Positions 1 to 4,832 of a DNA stretch of 5,489 nt are shown piece by piece (the first letter of the stretch is position 1; each line of letters starts with the position of its first letter). Location of the stretch: positions 1 to 5,489 of the IMG/VR virus record IMGVR_UViG_3300031992_001207. The stretch is one strand, 5' to 3'. The translations under genes were made by a program, and so were the position numbers. The notes under the pieces were generated by a model that ran no database searches, was not told the origin of the DNA, and was given only the letters and a program-made list of their open reading frames with translations. The DNA comes from a virus.

Positions 1-114
1 TTAGGAGATGAGGTTATTGGAAGCATGAGAGACACTAGAGTTTATGTAACAGAAGGAGATATCACTAGCACCCAGAATAAGGTTGCAGTAATGGAAAGTC
101 AGAATAACTTCTAA
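1..114 (+). CDS. 3' end of an upstream CDS (5'-truncated by window edge), product unknown
   Basis: Frame +1 is open from nt 1 to TAA at 112-114 (LGDEVIGSMRDTRVYVTEGDITSTQNKVAVMESQNNF*). It is on the same strand as the next gene and 18 nt from it. The 37 visible residues carry no recognisable motif. Confidence 0.5.
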   Translation, partial: LGDEVIGSMRDTRVYVTEGDITSTQNKVAVMESQNNF

Positions 115-122
115 AAAAATTA

Positions 123-130
123 TATATTTG
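123..130 (+). promoter_or_regulatory. Candidate Bacteroidota-type -7 promoter box (TAnnTTTG)
   Basis: TATATTTG at 123-130 matches the TAnnTTTG consensus perfectly and ends 2 nt before the ATG ATG at 133/136. No TTTG -33 element lies about 20 nt upstream. An 8-mer in AT-rich DNA is weak evidence. Confidence 0.2.
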
Positions 131-132
131 AA

Positions 133-669
133 ATGATGAACCCAATAAAGACATATTACATTGACATCGACGACCAGACAGGGTTAGAAAAGATGTCACT
201 CGTGGAGTTTCCTGCAGTAGAGGTTAACTTTGAGGCTTTTGCAGATGCTAAGAAGCTTCAGTTCGCAGATGAAGAGAAGCATGAGGTATTTGGAGTTGCC
301 TTATTAGCTGGAGTTCCTATCTATAGGTATAGTCCTAGCATGGGTGAATACTACGTTATATTCACCAAGGAAGCTATCGAAAAGATCGTGCTAAAGTTCT
401 TCAAAGATGGTTTAAATAGCTCTGTTAACGTTGAGCATTCAATCGATATTGAAGGAGTAACCCTTATCGAGTCTATTATCACGAGTCCTAGAGTCAAGGT
501 AGAAGACTTTGATGCTCCTGAAGGCAGCTGGATCGTTGGATATAAGATTGAGAATGCAAAGGTTTGGGAGCAGGTTAAGGAAGGAACCTTCAAAGGATTC
601 TCTGTAGAAGGGTATTTTAACCTCCTTGATACGCCTGATATGGACGATTATATTAAGAACCTTGTTTGA
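133..669 (+). CDS. Prohead protease-like protein, XkdF / Peptidase_S78_2-like domain
   Basis: This is a 178-aa ORF with a tandem ATG ATG start. It resembles the PBSX XkdF family as I recall it. Shared elements are the N-terminal MSLVEFPAVE, the block EVFGVALL...FTKEAIEKIVLKFFKDG, and a His in VNVEHS (codon 436-438). It also has GSWIVGYKIENAKVWEQVKEGTFKGFSVEG, with the Ser codon at 601-603; B. subtilis XkdF has GSWV...EEVWEQIKKGEITGYSMAG. The gene lies directly upstream of the scaffold and capsid genes. Confidence 0.7.
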   Translation: MMNPIKTYYIDIDDQTGLEKMSLVEFPAVEVNFEAFADAKKLQFADEEKHEVFGVALLAGVPIYRYSPSMGEYYVIFTKEAIEKIVLKFFKDGLNSSVNVEHSIDIEGVTLIESIITSPRVKVEDFDAPEGSWIVGYKIENAKVWEQVKEGTFKGFSVEGYFNLLDTPDMDDYIKNLV

Positions 670-690
670 TTTTGTATATATAATATTAAG
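667..690 (+). promoter_or_regulatory. Candidate phage promoter motif (TTTTGTATAT-N3-ATATTAA), copy 1
   Basis: The motif starts at the TGA stop of the protease gene. TGATTTTG (667-674) is one mismatch from TAnnTTTG. The 10-mer TTTTGTATAT (670-679) and the 7-mer ATATTAA (683-689) recur at 2925-2942 in the only other long intergenic gap. Copy 1 ends 49 nt upstream of ATG 739. Confidence 0.3.
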
Positions 691-738
691 AGACCCTGAT
701 ATTCCAGTAAAAAATTTTATATATATTAGATAAAGCAT

Positions 739-1260
739 ATGAACGAAAAACGTAAATTGAGATTCGAACTTTACAAGATGTTATGCAAGTTCGAGAAAAT
801 AGAGACTGACAATGGTGTTTTAGTCGTTGACGACACTTTAAAGGAAGGCGTTGAGATTTTCGATGAGGATGGTAACCCTGTTAAGGACGGAGACTACAAC
901 ACAGGTGAAACAATCATAACTGTTAAGGATGGCAAAGTCGAAGCTATCAAAGAGGTTGAGGCTCCAGAGGAAAAGGTTGAGGTAGAGGTTGAAGAGCCAG
1001 CTGATGAGAAACTCGAGGAAGAGGTGGTAGTTACAGAAGAGCCTGCAGAGGAAGATCCTAAAGTAGCAGAGCTTGAAGCTAAGATCGCAGAACTCGAGGA
1101 AGTTATCAAGGCTAAGGACGCTGAGATCGAGGACCTTAACAATAAGATCAAAGAGTTAGAGGATAAACCTTCTGAAGAGTCCGTAGTTGTAGCTCCAGAA
1201 GAGCTTTCTAAGGTTAAATCAGGAGATTCTCGTATTGATCGTTGGTTTGAAAGTAAATAA
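739..1260 (+). CDS. Scaffolding protein (acidic, coiled-coil)
   Basis: This 173-aa ORF lies between the protease and capsid genes. It has a small N-terminal domain (TDNGVLVVDDTLKEGVEIFDEDGNPVKDGDYNTGETIITVKDGKVEAI). A strongly acidic E/V/P-rich tract follows, then the heptad-like AELEAKIAELEEVIKAKDAEIEDLNNKIKELE. Composition and position are typical of scaffolding proteins, and there are no enzymatic motifs. Confidence 0.7.
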   Translation: MNEKRKLRFELYKMLCKFEKIETDNGVLVVDDTLKEGVEIFDEDGNPVKDGDYNTGETIITVKDGKVEAIKEVEAPEEKVEVEVEEPADEKLEEEVVVTEEPAEEDPKVAELEAKIAELEEVIKAKDAEIEDLNNKIKELEDKPSEESVVVAPEELSKVKSGDSRIDRWFESK

Positions 1261-1289
1261 AAAGACTAAAAATAAAAAAGTTTAAAACT

Positions 1290-2198
1290 ATGAGCGTTAA
1301 TATTTCAGCAATTAATTCTTATGTAGAGGAGAGACGACTCCCTATAATCCGTAAAGCAGTTCTTGGAGGTAAGTCAGTTAAGTACCTTCGCCCTAACGTT
1401 GATGTTAAGGGTTCTGCAGTTCTTAACCTTTTAGACACAGCCGTAGCATTCAATGATGGTTCAGAGTGTGGATGGAGCGATACCACTGCAGCTACTCTGA
1501 CTCAGAGAACTATCACTACTGGTCAGATCGCAGTTAACATGTCATTCTGTGACAAAGCACTTGCTAAGACTTGGATGAGCTACGAAGTTAAGACTGGTCT
1601 TGCCGATGGTACTCCAGCTCCTTTCGAGGAAGATTTCGTAAATGGTATCGTTGAAGGCATCCAGGCTAAGCTCGAGACAATGATCTGGCAGGGCGACACT
1701 GAAAAGGTTTCTAACCCTGATAACTTCGATGGCTTCGAGAAGATCATAGGTGCAGCAACAGGTGTAGTAACTGGAGAGTACGCTGAAGGTGCAACAGCAA
1801 AGTCAATAATCGCACAGGCTTATGGCTTGATCCCTTCAGAGGCATTCACTAAGGGCAACGTCGAGATCTTCGTAGGCGAGGACCTTTACCGTAAGTATGT
1901 TCAGGAGCTGATCGCACAGAACCTTTACCACTACGATGTAGCAGTACCACAGGACTTCGTAATCATCCCAGGTACAGATGTTAAGGTAATCGGAGTAGGC
2001 GGCCTTAACGGCACAGGTAACGTATATGCTTCTTTCGCAGATAACTTCAACTTCGGATGCGACATGGTTGGTGATACAATGAACGTTGAGGCTTGGTATT
2101 CAAAAGACCACAGAGAGTACAGATTCGCAGCTGATTTCAACTTCGGTGTACAGGTTGCTTATCCTAACATGGTAGTTAAGGTATCTCAAGAGGAGTAA
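1290..2198 (+). CDS. Major capsid protein (presumed HK97-fold)
   Basis: This 302-aa ORF immediately follows the scaffold gene, and its size is typical of HK97-fold capsid proteins. Codon bias is extreme: 15 of 15 Phe codons are TTC, against 10 of 19 in the portal gene. A hairpin follows the gene. The call rests on position, size and bias; I recognise no family-specific motif. Confidence 0.7.
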   Translation: MSVNISAINSYVEERRLPIIRKAVLGGKSVKYLRPNVDVKGSAVLNLLDTAVAFNDGSECGWSDTTAATLTQRTITTGQIAVNMSFCDKALAKTWMSYEVKTGLADGTPAPFEEDFVNGIVEGIQAKLETMIWQGDTEKVSNPDNFDGFEKIIGAATGVVTGEYAEGATAKSIIAQAYGLIPSEAFTKGNVEIFVGEDLYRKYVQELIAQNLYHYDVAVPQDFVIIPGTDVKVIGVGGLNGTGNVYASFADNFNFGCDMVGDTMNVEAWYSKDHREYRFAADFNFGVQVAYPNMVVKVSQEE

Positions 2199-2210
2199 TA
2201 ACAAATTAAA

Positions 2211-2251
2211 GGAGTTAGAAGGTCTTATCAATTAGGCCTTTTAACTTCTTT
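2211..2251 (+). terminator. Hairpin / possible partial intrinsic terminator after the capsid gene
   Basis: The arm 2211-2224 (ggagttagaaggtc) pairs with 2235-2248 (ggccttttaacttc), giving 14 bp including 3 G-U pairs. The loop is 10 nt. Only a short T-rich tail follows (ttcttt), so the terminator is probably leaky. Confidence 0.4.
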
Positions 2252-2274
2252 ACATTAATTAAAAAGATAAAAAC

Positions 2275-2871
2275 ATGAGCGCAATAACAAGTCAATGCGG
2301 TGCTATTTCGATACAAGGTATTGGAAAGCAATGTAAAGATAATATAGGAGGTATCAAGAGAGTCTTCATCATACCTACTGATGAGCTCCAGTCGATAGGC
2401 CTGAATACCTCTAGAACAATGGTTAATAACATCGTGACGGTAACTCCAACTGGTGCTACAGACCCTGCTAAGTTCCGTCAGTATAACTTCTTGAAGGCAA
2501 CTGGAGGTATGACCTCAACAGCTACTATCAATGAGAACGGAACAATCTACTACACAACTGTATTGAGCCTGCAGTTCATCAAGATGGAAGCTGATAAGCA
2601 GATCGAGATCAACAACCTTGTAAGAGGTGACTTCAGAGTGATGGTAGAAGACATGAGAGGCAACTACTGGTACTTAGGTTATGATAATCCAGTAACAGCA
2701 ACAGCAGCAACTGCAGCAGCTGGAACTGCATATGATGACCTGAACGGTTATACGCTGGAACTGAGCGACGTTTCAAAGGATATGCCTTATCAGATCGACC
2801 TCACAACTGTCGATATAAGCGATATTGCAGAGGAAAACCCTGGAGCAGATCCACTTCCTACCGTTGGCTAA
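2275..2871 (+). CDS. Abundant virion structural protein of unknown role (capsid decoration or tail-tube-like)
   Basis: This 198-aa ORF sits directly after the capsid gene and is flanked by hairpins on both sides. All 5 Phe codons are TTC, matching the capsid gene. The sequence is beta-rich with an Ala/Thr linker (TATAATAAAGTA). The overall pattern (GGIKRVFIIP..., ...FRVMVEDMRGNYWYLGYDN..., ...DLNGYTLELS) loosely recalls tail-tube or decoration proteins, but I cannot name a family. Confidence 0.6.
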   Translation: MSAITSQCGAISIQGIGKQCKDNIGGIKRVFIIPTDELQSIGLNTSRTMVNNIVTVTPTGATDPAKFRQYNFLKATGGMTSTATINENGTIYYTTVLSLQFIKMEADKQIEINNLVRGDFRVMVEDMRGNYWYLGYDNPVTATAATAAAGTAYDDLNGYTLELSDVSKDMPYQIDLTTVDISDIAEENPGADPLPTVG

Positions 2872-2888
2872 TATTTAGTTGGTTAGAT

Positions 2889-2928
2889 AATGAAGGCTGG
2901 CTTTTAAATAAGTTAGCCTTCATTTTTT
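2889..2928 (+). terminator. Rho-independent terminator
   Basis: The arm 2889-2903 (aatgaaggctggctt) pairs with 2910-2924 (aagttagccttcatt), giving 15 bp including 2 G-U pairs. The loop is 6 nt (ttaaat). The stem runs into a T6 tract at 2923-2928. The structure begins 18 nt after the stop codon at 2869-2871. Confidence 0.75.
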
Positions 2929-2945
2929 GTATATTATATTAAAAC
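2922..2945 (+). promoter_or_regulatory. Candidate phage promoter motif (TTTTGTATAT-N1-ATATTAA), copy 2
   Basis: TTTTGTATAT (2925-2934) and ATATTAA (2936-2942) duplicate the motif at 670-689. This copy overlaps the terminator T-tract and ends 12 nt upstream of ATG 2955. Confidence 0.3.
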
Positions 2946-2954
2946 GGCCTCATA

Positions 2955-3296
2955 ATGGTAATAATCGATCTAACAAACCCTGGAAAATACGTTAATTTTC
3001 CTGCAATTTCATATAATCTACCTGGACCATACATTCTTAGGCTAACAAATCTAGCAACTTTTGAGAAGATATCAATCCCTTATACTGAGGATTTATCCCT
3101 GAATGCAAATGTTATGACCTTCGAAATACATGATGAGTATAAGGATTGCTTAGGAGAATACGCTTATGAGCTGGTTGGTACTAACGGAGAAGAGGAAGAG
3201 GTCGTTTTAAGTTCCGGCCTATTGCAAGTATTAGCAGGTGGTAAAACATTCGAGACAAATAATAAAAATATAGAATTCAATGAGTACAACGGATAA
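2955..3296 (+). CDS. Hypothetical small protein (113 aa), likely virion/assembly-associated
   Basis: The ORF follows the terminator/promoter-like junction and overlaps the portal start by 17 nt. It looks beta-rich and has an acidic patch (NGEEEEVV). No family is recognised. Confidence 0.6.
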   Translation: MVIIDLTNPGKYVNFPAISYNLPGPYILRLTNLATFEKISIPYTEDLSLNANVMTFEIHDEYKDCLGEYAYELVGTNGEEEEVVLSSGLLQVLAGGKTFETNNKNIEFNEYNG

Positions 3297-4305
3297 TAAA
3301 ACAGATAAAGCATTCTTAGGGTTTGCTGGTTACGATAGACCAAACACTGAAACTCAAGCCTTATCAGTTGACTACCAAAGCAGCAATAAGGACTACGTCA
3401 GCTACGGCGCTGATAACCAGCTGCCTAACACACTATGGAATAGCTACATTCATTGCTCAATCTTAGGCGGCATCATCAATGGTACTGTAGACAGAATCCT
3501 GAATAAGATTGATGTCCTGACTGGTACACATCCAGACACTATGTCTAAGAAGCTTCTGGAGTCGCTCCTATATGATTACCTGATCTTTGGAGGATTCTCA
3601 ATGGAGAGCATTAAATCAACCTCAGGTTCAATAACATATAACCAATACATTCCATATGAACGAATTAGGGTTGATGCCGATAAGTCAACAGGATTTTATA
3701 GCAAGAAATGGAGCAAGTACACCAACAAATACGTGAAGCTTCCATTGAATGATAATTCTGCTCAGCATTCGTTTAAATGGTTCGGAGGAAGATTATACAG
3801 AAGCATATACCCCATTCCTATGTGGTTTAGCGCCCTGAAGAGCGTGGAGATACAGAATATGATAAAGGAGTTCCATCTAAGCACTATACAGAACAATTTC
3901 AACTCCAGCCTTATCATTAACATGAATAATGGAGTACCTACACAGGAACTTAGAGAGGAGATTGAAAAGAAACTGAATGAAAAGTTCAGCGGTCCTAGCA
4001 ATGCTGGAAAACTCTGCTTGCTATTCAATGATAATAAAGACAGCGCTGCTACAATCGAAAGACTGGAGAGTGATAAGTTCGATGAGAAATTCCAAGCACT
4101 GGATAAGTCAACTAAGGAAGATATCTTCTGCTCCTTTAGAGCACAGCCTATCCTATTTGGAATGCAGAGCCAAGCAACCTTTGCTAAGAGTGAGTACCTC
4201 GAGGCAGATGAGATATACAACCTTAACGTCGTTGAACCTCTTACACAGGCCTTTGTTGATGCTTTAAACGATCTGGTGGGTAACTATGTGACCCTAAAAG
4301 AATAA
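3280..4305 (+). CDS. Portal protein (Phage_portal / PBSX-P2-size class)
   Basis: This is a 341-aa ORF. It carries YGADNQLPN...SILGGIINGTVDRIL near the N-terminus, then LLYDYLIFGGFSME. The portal-typical block is KFSGPSNAGKLCLLF (FSGPSNAGK at 3985-4011). That block is followed by DKFDEKFQALDKSTKEDIFCSFRAQPILFGM. Together these follow the F-x-G-x-x-N-A-G-K ... d-f ... afgvP-llg pattern of PF04860-type portals as I recall it. Confidence 0.7.
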   Translation: MSTTDNKTDKAFLGFAGYDRPNTETQALSVDYQSSNKDYVSYGADNQLPNTLWNSYIHCSILGGIINGTVDRILNKIDVLTGTHPDTMSKKLLESLLYDYLIFGGFSMESIKSTSGSITYNQYIPYERIRVDADKSTGFYSKKWSKYTNKYVKLPLNDNSAQHSFKWFGGRLYRSIYPIPMWFSALKSVEIQNMIKEFHLSTIQNNFNSSLIINMNNGVPTQELREEIEKKLNEKFSGPSNAGKLCLLFNDNKDSAATIERLESDKFDEKFQALDKSTKEDIFCSFRAQPILFGMQSQATFAKSEYLEADEIYNLNVVEPLTQAFVDALNDLVGNYVTLKE

Positions 4306-4318
4306 AAGAATAGAAACT

Positions 4319-4831
4319 ATGAAGTACACCTTACTAATTAACCGAGAGACATTAACCAGTTTAGGCCTGATCGATTCTAACGTTGATGAGCAATACATCA
4401 GACCTTCAACAATAAAAGCACAGGAGATTGATCTGGTGCAGCTAATAGGAGAGAACCTTTACAATAAGTTATGCTCTCTCATACCTGATGCTATCGATCT
4501 TCCTGAAAACGCTAATTATAAGGACCTGCTGGATAACTACATCGCCATATATCTAGCATATACAGTAATGGCTGAGATACAACTGCCTATTCAATACAAA
4601 ATCTGTAATAAGGGCATTGTAAGCACCACTGATGATAAACTCCTCAGCACATCCATGAAGGACTGCCAAACAATGGTGGAATTCTATAGTAAAGCAGCAA
4701 ACTACTTTGGCAATAGAATAACAAGCTACCTTTGCCATAACACTGCTAAGTTCCCTGAATACGCACAAACAAAATCTGGTGAGGTAGCACCTAATAAAGA
4801 CTATCTTAAAAATATTCCTTTCACACTATAA
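4319..4831 (+). CDS. Head-tail connector/adaptor candidate (gp6-like N-terminal pattern)
   Basis: This 170-aa ORF begins 13 nt after the portal gene. Its N-terminus (INRETLTSLGLIDSNVDEQYIRPSTIKAQEIDLVQLIGENLYNKL) follows the gp6-like connector pattern of 'l..l.id....d..i...i..A......l.G'. The function is inferred mostly from position. Confidence 0.45.
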   Translation: MKYTLLINRETLTSLGLIDSNVDEQYIRPSTIKAQEIDLVQLIGENLYNKLCSLIPDAIDLPENANYKDLLDNYIAIYLAYTVMAEIQLPIQYKICNKGIVSTTDDKLLSTSMKDCQTMVEFYSKAANYFGNRITSYLCHNTAKFPEYAQTKSGEVAPNKDYLKNIPFTL

Positions 4832-4832
4832 T

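Noticed and set aside
351-738. Minus-strand ORFs 351-593 (80 aa) and 439-738 (99 aa)
   Set aside because: Both lie almost entirely antisense to the well-supported XkdF-like CDS. Their translations are low-complexity (I/L/S/F-rich) and they have no independent start context. They are typical shadow ORFs in AT-rich DNA.
894-1151. Minus-strand ORF 894-1151 (85 aa, Ser-rich)
   Set aside because: This is the mirror image of the GAG/GAA-rich scaffold coding region. The poly-Ser/Thr/Ala translation is an artefact of reading Glu codons in reverse.
1274-1287. A6G followed by TTTAAAA, resembling a slippery heptamer or frameshift site
   Set aside because: It lies in the intergenic gap between the scaffold stop (1258-1260) and the capsid start (1290). 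No ORF spans it, so programmed frameshifting is not applicable. It is more likely just the A-rich SD-less leader.
1931-2140. Minus-strand ORF 1931-2140 (69 aa)
   Set aside because: It is antisense inside the strongly codon-biased capsid gene, with no supporting signals.
2209-2214. AAGGAG Shine-Dalgarno-like hexamer
   Set aside because: It lies about 60 nt upstream of the next ATG (2275) and forms part of the hairpin stem at 2211-2224. It is not positioned to act as a ribosome-binding site.
2890-2907. Mini-ORF ATG AAG GCT GGC TTT TAA (MKAGF*)
   Set aside because: It lies entirely within the 5' arm and loop of the terminator hairpin. It is five codons long and almost certainly non-coding.
3762-4267. 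Minus-strand ORF 3762-4220 (152 aa) and alternate-frame plus ORF 3977-4267 (96 aa)
   Set aside because: Both lie wholly inside the portal CDS, which carries recognisable portal motifs in its own frame. Their translations are Leu/Ser-rich low-complexity sequence with no motifs.
4553-4768. Minus-strand ORF 4553-4768 (71 aa)
   Set aside because: It is antisense inside the connector-candidate CDS. The Cys-rich translation looks random, and there are no regulatory signals.
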